Source: Bacillota bacterium (GTDB taxonomy: Bacteria > Bacillota > Sulfobacillia > Fermentithermobacillales > Fermentithermobacillaceae). Taken from it: a stretch of DNA of 64,000 bases. Position numbers and translations under genes: made by a program. This document shows, piece by piece, positions 10,333-20,720 of this stretch (the first letter of the stretch is position 1; each line of letters starts with the position of its first letter). The stretch spans positions 13,929 to 77,928 of the forward strand of contig JBMNKH010000002.1 of the NCBI GenBank assembly GCA_050952085.1, written 5' to 3'. Below the pieces are notes generated by a model. That model saw only the letters and a list, made by a program, of their open reading frames with translations, was not told where the DNA came from and searched no databases.

Positions 10333-11237
10333 ATCTTTCTACACACATTGGCGGGCTTGCGTTAGAGAACCCGGTGATAGCTGCATCAGGCACTTTCGGA
10401 TATGGGGAGGAGTACATAAAGGCGGGGGATGTCAGCTGGTTCGGTGCAGTATCTATCAAAGGCACCACAATCGCACCAAGGGCCGGGAACCCTCCGCCCA
10501 GGACTTGCGAAACCCCTTCTGGGCTTCTCAATTCAATTGGGCTTGAAAACCCCGGTGCCAGGGTAGTCATCGGTCAAAAGCTGCCGTGGCTAGCCCGGTT
10601 CAGTGTGCCTATCATAGCTAATATTTCCGCCGTGTCGTGCGAAGAGTTTTCAGAGCTTGCAGGAATGTTTGCAAAGTCTCCGCATGTATCAGCCCTGGAA
10701 GTCAATGTATCCTGTCCCAATGTGAAGGCAGGTGGCATAGCCTTCGGTACAAGCGCTGATATGTGCTATGAGGCCACAAGGGCTGTAAGGAAAGCGTGGA
10801 AGGGCCCTCTCATAGTGAAACTCACCCCTAACGTTGCAGACATGAGAGCCATTGCCAAAGCGGCGGTGGAGGGAGGGGCAGACGCGCTTTCGTTGATCAA
10901 CACGCTGGTTGGCATGGCAATAGATATCCATTCCATGAGGCCTGTGCTGGGAAATATAACAGGTGGGCTTTCAGGGCCTGCCATAAAGCCTGTGGCCCTG
11001 AGGTGCGTTTGGGAAGTCTCCCAGGCAGTGTCCGTTCCTGTGATAGGTATGGGCGGAATATGTTCTGCCACAGATGCCCTGGAGTTCATAATGGCAGGCG
11101 CCAGCGCCGTTGCCATTGGTACAGGGCTTTTGATTGACCCTGAACTACCCAGGAAGGTGACCCAAGGGATCAAGGAATATTGCGAATCCAGGGGGATTGA
11201 AAGCCTTCAAGAAATAGTGGGCGCGGCCTGGCGATAA
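10329..11237 (+). CDS. pyrD: Dihydroorotate dehydrogenase catalytic subunit (class 1B)
   Basis: NPVIAASGTFGYG, SIKGTT and NTLVGMAID motifs. ATG at 10329 overlaps the pyrK stop (ATGA). Confidence 0.9.
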   Translation: MNLSTHIGGLALENPVIAASGTFGYGEEYIKAGDVSWFGAVSIKGTTIAPRAGNPPPRTCETPSGLLNSIGLENPGARVVIGQKLPWLARFSVPIIANISAVSCEEFSELAGMFAKSPHVSALEVNVSCPNVKAGGIAFGTSADMCYEATRAVRKAWKGPLIVKLTPNVADMRAIAKAAVEGGADALSLINTLVGMAIDIHSMRPVLGNITGGLSGPAIKPVALRCVWEVSQAVSVPVIGMGGICSATDALEFIMAGASAVAIGTGLLIDPELPRKVTQGIKEYCESRGIESLQEIVGAAWR

Positions 11238-11261
11238 TCCGGCGCGGCGACCGGGGCTTGC

Positions 11262-12995
11262 TTAGTCATCCTGGTCTTGGATCTTGACAACGATGGTCCT
11301 AGCACCTGTGTAAGTCACGAAACCCGGGGGGCTGCCTCCGGGTTTTCTGATAGCTCCGGCGTCGACCCAATCTACTTCGACTTTGCCTGATGAAGCGGCT
11401 TCTGAATGCCTGGCTGCCAAGCTTGCAGCCCAATCCAGGGCTTCTGGGGTGACTTCCCTCCCAGGCGCAGGCCTCAGAAGTACATGGGCGCCTTTTACCC
11501 CTTTGGCGTGGAGCCATACATCGCCAGGTCTCCTTAAATGGCGTATCAGGTAGTCGTTGCCCGCTGAACTCATGCCGATATGTACAACGGTGCCATCAGG
11601 CCCTTGATGAGTTTCCACGTTCTTGTCCCGTTTCCGGGAAACCTTCTTCTCCCGGGTGCCTTGCCTTGACGCTCCATGCTTACGTATGGGTATACGGATG
11701 TTGCCGGCCCTGGCAGTATCCACAAGTTCATCTTGTATCAACAAGAGCGTGCTGATGTCATCTGCCTGGTCCAACCGCAGTCCAGTGTCCTTAAGTAACG
11801 CAACCTGGGACCTTACTTCCTTCAAAGAAGCTTGCAGCACTTTAGCAGTCCGCTGGAGTTTTGAGTACTTGGCATAGTACCTCCGGGCGTTTTCACCTGA
11901 ACTGTACCTGGGATCAAGGGGAACGTAGGTTTCCCTGGGTGGATCCTGGTAATAATCAAGCACCTTCATTTCATTGTGGCCTCTGGGAAGCTGCTGCCCG
12001 CTTGCGTGGATTAGTTCTCCCCAAATCCGGTACTTGTCGTATTCTTTGGCCTTTTGAAAGTCGTCCTCCTGGGCTATGAGCTTCGCCGTCAATTTGGCGG
12101 TAATTCTGTTGTACATTGACCTGACCTGGGCTTCAATTGACTTAAATGCCACGAAGTGCAAGAAATATTCCCTGTATCCGGATGTAGCTTCAAGCACCGA
12201 CCGGTAGGTTCTTGCGGATTCCATATGATGCAAGGGCAATACGCCGAGCAAAGGCTCTCCCGACCGGCGCAAGTACAAAGCAGGGGAGAACTGCCTTTTT
12301 ATGAGCAGGTTCTTGGTTTCCTCAAGAATTCCGGCCACCGCTTCCACGTTTTCCTGCGTCAACCGTTTTCGGTTGGGCAGGCCTGTCCATGAAAGTATGC
12401 CAGAGGCGTGCTCTTTGCCTATCCCCTCCACGTGCGAGACCAGAGCCATTTGGGCAGGCATGTTTGACGAACAGATTTGATGGGCAAGACGGGTTAGGTC
12501 CGGGTCTAGCAGCAAGTTATGTTTTGTTGATTCTGGCGGTATGTATGGGCTTCCTGCTTCTAACCTGTACCTTGCCGGGGTGACGCTCAGCTCGGTTATG
12601 CCCCCGGATAGGAGGCCGATGCCGCCCTTTCCGCCTGCGCCATCAAACACAAGGGTGTAATCCCTGGTATTTCCCAGTTCATCATAGCCTGAGAAGTCAA
12701 GATACAGTATCCTGTCGAGGCTTTCCTGGCGGATTTGCGCGAGCGTCCCGCCTTCAAGGCGTTTTCGCAACCCAAGGCATATGCCTGATGGAACCCGCGG
12801 AGTTTCAGGTTTGTCCTCTGTGATTCCCACAAAGGGCCGTGCGTGCTCTAGAGACAGCACCAGATTCAACTTGCACTTGTAGCTCCAGAGGGCAAATAGC
12901 AGTTGTTTTTCCGACGGGTGGTATATTTTTTGCACCTTCAACGGAAGGTATCCTGCGATTTCATGGCGTATAGCATAAAGGGATATCCCGTCCAA
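11262..12995 (-). CDS. rqcH: RqcH / FbpA-family NFACT protein (ribosome quality control, Rqc2 homolog)
   Basis: It is 577 aa. The N-terminal NFACT-N (MDGISLYAIRHEIAGYL...) and C-terminal NFACT-R/DUF814 region match FbpA/YloA-like proteins. TTG start with GAGGTGGA RBS. Confidence 0.75.
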   Translation of the reverse strand: MDGISLYAIRHEIAGYLPLKVQKIYHPSEKQLLFALWSYKCKLNLVLSLEHARPFVGITEDKPETPRVPSGICLGLRKRLEGGTLAQIRQESLDRILYLDFSGYDELGNTRDYTLVFDGAGGKGGIGLLSGGITELSVTPARYRLEAGSPYIPPESTKHNLLLDPDLTRLAHQICSSNMPAQMALVSHVEGIGKEHASGILSWTGLPNRKRLTQENVEAVAGILEETKNLLIKRQFSPALYLRRSGEPLLGVLPLHHMESARTYRSVLEATSGYREYFLHFVAFKSIEAQVRSMYNRITAKLTAKLIAQEDDFQKAKEYDKYRIWGELIHASGQQLPRGHNEMKVLDYYQDPPRETYVPLDPRYSSGENARRYYAKYSKLQRTAKVLQASLKEVRSQVALLKDTGLRLDQADDISTLLLIQDELVDTARAGNIRIPIRKHGASRQGTREKKVSRKRDKNVETHQGPDGTVVHIGMSSAGNDYLIRHLRRPGDVWLHAKGVKGAHVLLRPAPGREVTPEALDWAASLAARHSEAASSGKVEVDWVDAGAIRKPGGSPPGFVTYTGARTIVVKIQDQDD

Positions 12996-13069
12996 GTATA
13001 ATCCACCTCACGCATTTGAGTATATCTGTAAACACAGGTGGGGTTCAATACAGGAAAGAGGTGACACCT

Positions 13070-13438
13070 GTGACCACTCTGTTCGATGCTGATGCTTTCC
13101 AGCAACTAGGATTCCGTGTCGTGGGGCAAGAACCTGATGGCATCAAAGTGGTGAAAGGGCATTGCGAAATACATATCCGGACGGTCAGGGAAGGCACTGC
13201 CTTGGACTTGCCGGTTATGCGTTTCCGGGAAAACCGGACTCCTAGTGAGACGCTCTTGAATTACCTGCTTGAGAGGAACGGGTCAATGAACGGGCCAGGG
13301 TTTTTCGCAATAAGGGAAGATTGCATTTACTACCGGGCCATTGCCGGTTGTCATGAGAATATTGAGCAGCTGGCCCTTGATATGCAGCAGACCGTGGAAA
13401 AACTGGGGCCTAAGGTCATCAATATAGCTAGACAGTAA
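13070..13438 (+). CDS. Hypothetical protein (possibly YbjN-like); start placed at an internal GTG because the track start (13016) lies only 20 bp from the divergent rqcH start
   Basis: ORF 13016..13438. GGAAAGAGG lies 9 nt upstream of GTG 13070. No confident family assignment. Confidence 0.3.
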   Translation: MTTLFDADAFQQLGFRVVGQEPDGIKVVKGHCEIHIRTVREGTALDLPVMRFRENRTPSETLLNYLLERNGSMNGPGFFAIREDCIYYRAIAGCHENIEQLALDMQQTVEKLGPKVINIARQ

Positions 13439-13468
13439 ATTAACCAAGGCTGGGCTGGAGAGGACAAG

Positions 13469-14290
13469 ATGAATGAGTGTAACGTAAGACTGATTGTGTG
13501 CGACCTTGACGGTACTTTGACAGGACCGGCGGATAGGGGGTTGGAGGTTGCCAAGCATACCCTGGATTTCTGTCGCCGGAAAGGAATCAGGGTTACCGTT
13601 GCAACCGGAAGGGCATTTGCAGCGGCAGAGAGATACCTTGTGTATTTAGGCATAGACGAGCCCATAATAACTAATGGGGGAGCGCTTATCGCCAGGCTAG
13701 GCCAATCACCTATATATGAAAAAACAATAGAAAGGGATCTGGCTCAGGGAATCGCATTGCAGCTTAAGGCATTGGGATACCCCTTTTTCTTTGTGGTCCA
13801 GAAGCATATGTACACTCACGTGAAAGGACGGCAAACAGAAGAGTATTCCAGGGCTTTGGGCTACGACATAAAGACAGTTGATTCTATCCGTGAAATACCT
13901 GGAGAACCCACTCAGATAGTCCTGAGGGTGCCGGATGAACAATGCGACAGCATCCTGAGGAGTTTGCATGCGAGATGGCTGCCGAAAGTAACTGTGATAA
14001 AGAGTTTGCCGCACCTGATAGAGATACAGCCGCCAGGGGTGTCCAAGGCAAAGGCAGTTGAGTTTCTGGCTGACTCTATGAAGGTGGAAAGGGAACATGT
14101 ATTGGCGATAGGAGACGGGCTCAATGACCTTGACATGCTAATGTGGTCAGGGATGAGGGCTGCTGTTGGGAACGCCCACGAGATAGTCAAACGGAATGTG
14201 TCTTACGTATCCCAGATGCCTTATTCTGAAGGGGTACGTGACATAGTAGAGGAGTTCGCCGGTGCGCGGATACAAGTGCCCGGAACATAA
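13469..14290 (+). CDS. Cof-type HAD-IIB family hydrolase (sugar-phosphatase-like)
   Basis: CDLDGTL motif I, VATGR, and C-terminal GDGLND. Confidence 0.8.
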   Translation: MNECNVRLIVCDLDGTLTGPADRGLEVAKHTLDFCRRKGIRVTVATGRAFAAAERYLVYLGIDEPIITNGGALIARLGQSPIYEKTIERDLAQGIALQLKALGYPFFFVVQKHMYTHVKGRQTEEYSRALGYDIKTVDSIREIPGEPTQIVLRVPDEQCDSILRSLHARWLPKVTVIKSLPHLIEIQPPGVSKAKAVEFLADSMKVEREHVLAIGDGLNDLDMLMWSGMRAAVGNAHEIVKRNVSYVSQMPYSEGVRDIVEEFAGARIQVPGT

Positions 14291-15633
14291 TGAAAGGCAG
14301 GCGGGGAAGTATTATGACCAAAGAAGAGATAAAAAGGTCAGTGCTGGAACAAATAGACAAACACCGGGAAAAAATCATAGAGCTGGGGCAGCAGATAATG
14401 GCCAATCCTGAACTCGGATACAAAGAGTTCAAGACTTCTGCCCTGGTGCGTGAAAGTCTCACAGAACTCGGGCTGGAGGACATAACCGGCGGGCTGGCAA
14501 TCACCGGCGTGTCCGGGGTACTGTCTTCAGGCAAAGCCGGCCCTAATGTATGTATCATGGGAGAGCTTGATGCTGTTGTTTGTCCAGGACATCCCTTTGC
14601 AGATCCGGTCACCGGTGCGGCCCACGCTTGCGGGCACAACGGACAAGTTGCATCAATGATTGGGTCAGCAATAGGGCTGGTACATTCAGGAGCTATCGCG
14701 CACCTTTCAGGTAAGATTACCTTCCTGGGGGTGCCTGCCGAGGAATATGTGGAAGTGGAATACAGGCAGAACCTCAGGAAACAAGGGAAAATCAGTTTCC
14801 TAGGGGGCAAGCAGGAACTTCTGGCCAACGGCTTTTTCGATGATATAGACATGGCAATGATGGTTCACATGGCTTCCCTCAAGCCCGGCACAAAAGTCGT
14901 GGTCGGGGGTACTTCAAATGGGTTCATTGGAAAACTTGTTAAGTATAGAGGTAAAGAGGCTCATGCAGGCGGAAGCCCCCACATGGGTATTAACGCCCTT
15001 AATGCTGCGCTCTTAGGGCTCATGGCGGTTCACCTGCAAAGGGAGACGTTCAAAGATGACGATCACATAAGGGTTCATCCGATCATAACAAAAGGCGGGG
15101 ACCTGGTTAACGTGATCCCGGCCGATGTAAGGATAGAAACGTATGTAAGAGGCAAAACCCTTGAAGCAATCCAGGATGCCAACAGGAAAGTCACAAGGGC
15201 GCTCAGGGCAGGCGCAGAAGCTATCGGGGCCCGGGTGGAGATCGAAGATATTCCTGGTTACCTACCCAGGGTCAGCAACGAAATGCTTGACGAAGTGTTT
15301 AGGGCGAATGCAGAAGCTCTTGTAGGAAAACATATGGTAGATAGTGGCACTCACGGCACCGGATCATCTGACATGGGGGATATTATGCACTTGATTCCGG
15401 CTATTCACCCGTCCTGCGGAGGTGCAAGGGGAACGGCCCATTCTGAGGAGTTCGTGGTCGACGACCCGGAGACGGCATACATAGTACCTGCCAAGCTATT
15501 GGCGCTGACTGCGATAGATCTTTTGTGGGATGACGCGTCGCTAGGGCGTGAAATCGTTGAGAACTTCGAGCCGCTTATGACCAAAGAAGAGTATCTCGAT
15601 GCTTGGGAGCGGCTTACACAGGACGGTGATTAA
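14290..15633 (+). CDS. M20D-family amidohydrolase (aminoacylase / hippurate hydrolase-like); alternative start ATG 14314
   Basis: HACGHN metal-binding motif and overall M20 layout. Confidence 0.8.
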   Translation: MKGRRGSIMTKEEIKRSVLEQIDKHREKIIELGQQIMANPELGYKEFKTSALVRESLTELGLEDITGGLAITGVSGVLSSGKAGPNVCIMGELDAVVCPGHPFADPVTGAAHACGHNGQVASMIGSAIGLVHSGAIAHLSGKITFLGVPAEEYVEVEYRQNLRKQGKISFLGGKQELLANGFFDDIDMAMMVHMASLKPGTKVVVGGTSNGFIGKLVKYRGKEAHAGGSPHMGINALNAALLGLMAVHLQRETFKDDDHIRVHPIITKGGDLVNVIPADVRIETYVRGKTLEAIQDANRKVTRALRAGAEAIGARVEIEDIPGYLPRVSNEMLDEVFRANAEALVGKHMVDSGTHGTGSSDMGDIMHLIPAIHPSCGGARGTAHSEEFVVDDPETAYIVPAKLLALTAIDLLWDDASLGREIVENFEPLMTKEEYLDAWERLTQDGD

Positions 15634-15657
15634 TGGCGAAGGGGGTTTACATAGCAG

Positions 15658-18363
15658 ATGCCAGCGCAAAGATGGTTTTGGATTCTAGTTGGTGTGGCTG
15701 TAGCTCTTGCTCTGGCTTCAACCAGGATAGCTTTTTTCTTTACAGAAATATGGTGGTTTGAAGATCTGGGTTACAGTCCTGTGTTTTGGACCATTGTTAA
15801 AGCCAGATGGCTTGTGGCCTTAGCTGGGGGTCTCTTATTTTTCGTTGTTGCCCTTTCCAATTTGGCGGCAGTTATGTGGAAACGGCGGAGGCTAGATGTG
15901 GTGGGAGGATTGGTCATGCCTGTCCCGGTCCAATCACCCGACAGGTTGTGGCAATGGATCTTAGTTGCGGCCGCTGTAGTAGGGGTATTGGGAGGCCTGT
16001 CCGGCTACAGCCAATGGCATGTTGTGCTGGCACACCTCAATGCTACTTCGTTTGGGATAGACGATCCCTTTTTCGCCAAAGACGTTGGGTTTTATATCTT
16101 CAACCTCCCTTTCATACGCTTACTCCAGCAGCACTTGTGGGTTGCTTTCATCGCGGCCTTGGCCCTTTCGGCGGTAATGTACTTCATTTTCGGGGACTTG
16201 CGCCTTACCGACAGGAGAGTAATTGCATCCCGCAGGGCACGTGTACATATTTCGATCCTGTCAGCCGTGTTGTTCGGGCTGAAGGCTTGGAGTTACAGGA
16301 TAGACATGTGGAACCTCATGTATTCGCCCAGAGGGGCGGCTTTTGGGGCGTCATATACTGATATCCATGCCCAGGTGCCGGCATACAAAGGACTGATGGC
16401 AGTGGCCCTGGTGGGCGTCGGATTCTCACTAATGGGCCTGGTGATCAGGAATTTCAGGTGGATAGGATACGCGGTGCTCGGTATGGTCGTCATGTCGTTT
16501 GCAGTGGGATATGCATATCCTGCATTCATCCAGCAGTTTACGGTATCGCCAAACGAAATCGCCTATGAAGAGCCGTTTATCGAGAAGAACATAACGTTTA
16601 CCAGGGATGCTTTTGCGCTTAACAATATAGATATTATTGAGTATCCGGCCGAAGACTTGCTCACCAGGGAAGATATCCTCAATAACCCTGATACAGTTGC
16701 CAATTTGAGGCTGTGGGATTACAGGGTGCTCAAGGACACGTTCAGCCAGGTGCAGGAAATCAGGATGTACTACAGGTTCAACGATGTGGATATAGACAGG
16801 TATGTGGTAAACGGTGATCTCCGTCAGGTCTTGCTCTCTCCCAGGGAACTGGATGTAGATCTCTTGCCTGGCGAGGCAAAAACTTGGATCAACCTTCACC
16901 TTAAGTACACCCACGGATACGGTGTGGTAATGAGCCCTTCCCGTGTAGTTACAGGAGACGGCATGCCTGCATTCTACTTCAAAGACGTCCCGCCAAGGAC
17001 AACTACAGACCTTTTACTGGATAGACCTGAGTTATATTTTGGAGAATTGACGAACCACTACATTATCGTCAACACCAAAGAACCCGAGTTCGATTATCCG
17101 ACTCTGGACTCTGAAACCTTGGAGCCAACGTTCTACCAGGGTAAAGCGGGCATAAGACTAGACAGTCTCATCAAGAAACTTGCCTTTACCATCAGGTTCA
17201 GGGATTATCAGATTTTGGTTTCAGGAGCCTTGACCCCTGATTCAAGACTGATCATGAGGCGGAACATCGTGGACCGGGTGCAGAGGATAGCACCGTTTTT
17301 CCTCTATGACAAGGACCCTTATCTGGTTGTAGCTGATGGAAGGCTTTACTGGATCATCGATGGGTATACCGTATCATCCAGTTACCCATATAGCCAGCCT
17401 GACAGCGTAATGAGGGTGAACTACATGAGGAATGCGGTAAAGGCGGTAATCGACGCGTATGACGGAACTACAAGCTTCTACAGGGCAGATCAAGATGATC
17501 CGATCCTGAAGATGTATGAGAGCATTTTTCCTGGACTTATAAGGCCCATAGAGGAAATGCCCGTTGCGCTGAAGCGTCACATCCGCTTCCCGCAGGACCT
17601 GTTTATGGTGCAGGCCAGGATGCTCAAGACATATCACATGACCGATCCAAAGGTGTTTTACAACAAAGAAGACTACTGGGAGATTCCCAGTGAGTATTAC
17701 GGCGACCGGGAGATTCCGGTTGAACCGTATTATATCCTCGCGTCTTTGCCTGGGGAAACGGTTACTGAATACGTGCATATGATACCGTTTACACCAAGGG
17801 GCAAACCAAACATGGTTGCGTGGCTGGCAGTACGGTGTGAACCTGAGAGATACGGGCAAATGCTGCTGTATAGGTTGCCGAAAGACAAACACATCCCAGG
17901 CCCTATGCAAGTCGAATCCCTTATCTCACAAAATCCTGAGATTGCAGAAGCTATGACCCTGTGGGGCCAGGCAGGCTCCCAGGTGATCAGGGGAAATCTT
18001 GTGACCATACCCATGGACGGTTCTTTCCTGTATGTTGAGCCCTTGTATATCCAGGCTGAAAGGGTGAAGATTCCCGAACTCAAGCGTGTGATCATGTACG
18101 CAGGAGGACAGGTGGCCATGGGAACCAGTGTTGAAGACGCCCTGAACAGGTTAGTTGGCTGGGTTGCTGAGCCGCCTTCGGGGGAATCAGAGCCGGGGGA
18201 AATCACAGGACTACCGGACCTTATAGCAAGAGCTAATGAAGTGTGGTCTGAAGCCCAGGCCAGGCTGAGAAGCGGGGATTGGGCAGGCTACGGCGAACTG
18301 ATAGAGGAACTTGGCGAAATCTTGAGACAACTGCAGAGACACAGCACTGGCTTGGAGCAATAA
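15658..18363 (+). CDS. UPF0182 family large membrane protein
   Basis: It is 901 aa. The N-terminus has multiple TM helices and the motif FFFTEIWWFEDLGY. The large C-terminal soluble region is typical of COG1615/UPF0182. Confidence 0.75.
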   Translation: MPAQRWFWILVGVAVALALASTRIAFFFTEIWWFEDLGYSPVFWTIVKARWLVALAGGLLFFVVALSNLAAVMWKRRRLDVVGGLVMPVPVQSPDRLWQWILVAAAVVGVLGGLSGYSQWHVVLAHLNATSFGIDDPFFAKDVGFYIFNLPFIRLLQQHLWVAFIAALALSAVMYFIFGDLRLTDRRVIASRRARVHISILSAVLFGLKAWSYRIDMWNLMYSPRGAAFGASYTDIHAQVPAYKGLMAVALVGVGFSLMGLVIRNFRWIGYAVLGMVVMSFAVGYAYPAFIQQFTVSPNEIAYEEPFIEKNITFTRDAFALNNIDIIEYPAEDLLTREDILNNPDTVANLRLWDYRVLKDTFSQVQEIRMYYRFNDVDIDRYVVNGDLRQVLLSPRELDVDLLPGEAKTWINLHLKYTHGYGVVMSPSRVVTGDGMPAFYFKDVPPRTTTDLLLDRPELYFGELTNHYIIVNTKEPEFDYPTLDSETLEPTFYQGKAGIRLDSLIKKLAFTIRFRDYQILVSGALTPDSRLIMRRNIVDRVQRIAPFFLYDKDPYLVVADGRLYWIIDGYTVSSSYPYSQPDSVMRVNYMRNAVKAVIDAYDGTTSFYRADQDDPILKMYESIFPGLIRPIEEMPVALKRHIRFPQDLFMVQARMLKTYHMTDPKVFYNKEDYWEIPSEYYGDREIPVEPYYILASLPGETVTEYVHMIPFTPRGKPNMVAWLAVRCEPERYGQMLLYRLPKDKHIPGPMQVESLISQNPEIAEAMTLWGQAGSQVIRGNLVTIPMDGSFLYVEPLYIQAERVKIPELKRVIMYAGGQVAMGTSVEDALNRLVGWVAEPPSGESEPGEITGLPDLIARANEVWSEAQARLRSGDWAGYGELIEELGEILRQLQRHSTGLEQ

Positions 18364-18431
18364 CTCTTATCAATTCACGCCGTGAGTGCTACACTTAACC
18401 TAGGACAAGTGTGTGAAGGAAGTGTAATCGT

Positions 18432-19748
18432 ATGGATATTAGTGATGCAAACCTCTATGAGACTACCGTACGCAATATCGGTACATATGAAGATAAAAAG
18501 GTTACGTTGAAGGGCTGGTTGTACAACAAGCGTTCCTCAGGGAAGATCATGTTCCTTATCCTGCGGGATGGCACTGGAATCGCCCAGTGTGTCGTATCAA
18601 AGAGTGACGTAGGGGAAGAACTGTTTTCCCGGCTTGATAAATTGAACCAGGAGTCCAGCCTGGTAATGCAAGGACTTGTCAGGAAAGACCACAGAGCGCC
18701 AGGCGGATATGAGCTAGGCGTCACTGCTTGTGAGATCGTGTCGGAGTCTCTTGACGACTATCCCATAAGCCTCAAAGAACACGGGGTTGAGTTCTTGCTT
18801 GACAACAGGCATTTGTGGATGAGGACCCCCCGTCAAAGAAACATTCTGCTCATACGGTCGGAGATCATTAAAGCCTGCAGGGACTTCCTCCATAGTGAAG
18901 GATTTGTCAATGTGGACGCCCCCATAATGACGCCGGCTGCATGTGAAGGCACCACTACACTGTTCCCCGTCAAGTACTTCGGGGAGCAAGCTTACCTCAG
19001 CCAGAGCGGGCAGCTGTACAACGAGGCAGCCATCATGTCTCTGGGGAAAGTGTATTGCTTCGGGCCAACTTTCAGGGCGGAGAAGTCGAAAACCAGGCGC
19101 CACCTTACTGAATTTTGGATGGTTGAACCTGAAGCCGCTTTCATGGAATTTGGTGAGATGCTTGAACTTGAAGAGAGGATGGTATGTTACATCCTGAAGC
19201 ATGTACTGGATAACTGTGAGGCCCTCCTAACGGAAATAGGCAGGGATCCGGAGACGCTGAAGCAAGTCAGCCCTCCGTTTCCACGGATTACGTATACGGA
19301 AGCAGTTGACCTCCTGGCACAGAAGGGAATAGACATAAGCTGGGGGGACGATTTCGGAGCGCCCCACGAAACGGCGATCGCATCTGAGTACACTAAGCCT
19401 GTTTTCGTCACCCATTTCCCGACGAAGATAAAAGCCTTCTATATGCAACCGGATCCCGATAATCCCGATACAGTTTTGGGGGCGGATCTTCTCGCTCCTG
19501 AGGGATACGGGGAGATAATCGGCGGCGGCGAACGGATACACGATTACAACCTATTGCTTGAAAGGCTCAAGGAGCATAATCTGCCTTTGGAGGATTATGA
19601 ATGGTACCTTGATTTGAGGAGATACGGGTCTGTACCTCACTCTGGCTTTGGAATGGGAATAGAGCGTGTTGTTGCCTGGATATGCGGTCTTGAGCATGTT
19701 AGAGAGACAATCCCGTTTCCCAGGATGATTAACAGGCTAAGGCCGTAA
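18432..19748 (+). CDS. asnS: Asparagine--tRNA ligase
   Basis: Class II aaRS motifs ([38 protein letters not shown]). The ~438 aa length fits AsnRS. Confidence 0.85.
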   Translation: MDISDANLYETTVRNIGTYEDKKVTLKGWLYNKRSSGKIMFLILRDGTGIAQCVVSKSDVGEELFSRLDKLNQESSLVMQGLVRKDHRAPGGYELGVTACEIVSESLDDYPISLKEHGVEFLLDNRHLWMRTPRQRNILLIRSEIIKACRDFLHSEGFVNVDAPIMTPAACEGTTTLFPVKYFGEQAYLSQSGQLYNEAAIMSLGKVYCFGPTFRAEKSKTRRHLTEFWMVEPEAAFMEFGEMLELEERMVCYILKHVLDNCEALLTEIGRDPETLKQVSPPFPRITYTEAVDLLAQKGIDISWGDDFGAPHETAIASEYTKPVFVTHFPTKIKAFYMQPDPDNPDTVLGADLLAPEGYGEIIGGGERIHDYNLLLERLKEHNLPLEDYEWYLDLRRYGSVPHSGFGMGIERVVAWICGLEHVRETIPFPRMINRLRP

Positions 19749-19767
19749 ACGCTAAGGAGGTAATACA

Positions 19768-20643
19768 ATGGCTGAGGAGGTCAGGAATGGCAGACATGAA
19801 AAACTGGTAGAGCTCGGTGAATTGATTAGGGCGCGCAGGGAAAACCTGGGGTTATCAATCGAGGAAGTACAAGAGAAAACCAAGATCCGGTCAAGATACC
19901 TAAGGGCAATCGAAGCAGGAGATGACAGGATTCCGCCGGGTAAAGCTTATTTCCGGGTGTTCCTCAAGTCATATGCTGAATTTCTGGGCTTGGACGGGCT
20001 GGAGTTGTCCCGGGCGTACAAGGAAATAGCTGAAAGCAATAACCGGTACAGGCCTCCGGTTACTCCTGTTCAAGATGGCCCAAAGGCCTCTCAGCCCAGG
20101 CCTAGACGGAGACCCCGCCGGAGAAAGGGCATGGGCGCCGTAACAAAGACCCTGCTGGCCCTGGTTCTCCTGGCAGGTGCGATTTTCGGGATTACCAGGT
20201 TGTACGGCCTATACTCGTCCCGGGGCGAAGACCCAGGTGGTATAGTTGATCCGGAAAACGGTCCTGTTGTAGAAGAACCTGATCCCAGCCAGGGAAAAGA
20301 GGTGCCGGAAGAGCCTGTCCTTGAGGTGATTATCGACAGGAAAGATCCAAGCGAGGAAGTCACCGTGTTTACCATCAACCAAAGCCCTTTGACGGTCATC
20401 CTTGAGACCTTTCCTGAAGAAGGCACCAGGTGTTGGATTCAGGTGCAGGCTGACGGGGAAACGGTTGTAGAGGAGACTATGGGCCCTGACCAGACAGTTG
20501 AAGTTACCGCTGAAGAGGAAATCAAGGTGAGGGCAGGTGCACCATGGGTGCTTACGTTGACATTGAATGAACAAGATCTTGGTGTCGGCGGGCCCTATGG
20601 CCCTGTGAAAGACTTGATATTCCGTTATGATGAAGAATTGTAG
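19768..20643 (+). CDS. rodZ: RodZ-like protein: N-terminal XRE-type HTH, one TM helix and a C-terminal DUF4115-like domain
   Basis: LGELIRARRENLGLSIEEVQEKTKIRSRYLRAIE HTH. It has a basic linker and a hydrophobic helix LLALVLLAGAIFGI. Confidence 0.55.
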   Translation: MAEEVRNGRHEKLVELGELIRARRENLGLSIEEVQEKTKIRSRYLRAIEAGDDRIPPGKAYFRVFLKSYAEFLGLDGLELSRAYKEIAESNNRYRPPVTPVQDGPKASQPRPRRRPRRRKGMGAVTKTLLALVLLAGAIFGITRLYGLYSSRGEDPGGIVDPENGPVVEEPDPSQGKEVPEEPVLEVIIDRKDPSEEVTVFTINQSPLTVILETFPEEGTRCWIQVQADGETVVEETMGPDQTVEVTAEEEIKVRAGAPWVLTLTLNEQDLGVGGPYGPVKDLIFRYDEEL

Positions 20644-20720
20644 ACGTTAAACATCATACCGCTACAGTGTTTCCCATATGATGTTCTTGATCCCCTCAAG
20701 CCTCAGAGTGGTGGTATGAC

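Noticed and set aside
15807-16361. 184-aa ORF in an alternative frame inside the UPF0182 gene
   Set aside because: It is entirely embedded in a well-supported 901-aa gene on the same strand and has a Cys/Arg/Gly-rich low-complexity translation. It is a frame artefact of a GC-rich region.
18364-18431. T-box leader upstream of asnS
   Set aside because: The intergenic region is only about 68 nt. That is too short for a T-box (200 nt or more), and no T-box sequence (AATTAGGGTGGNACCGCG-like) is present.
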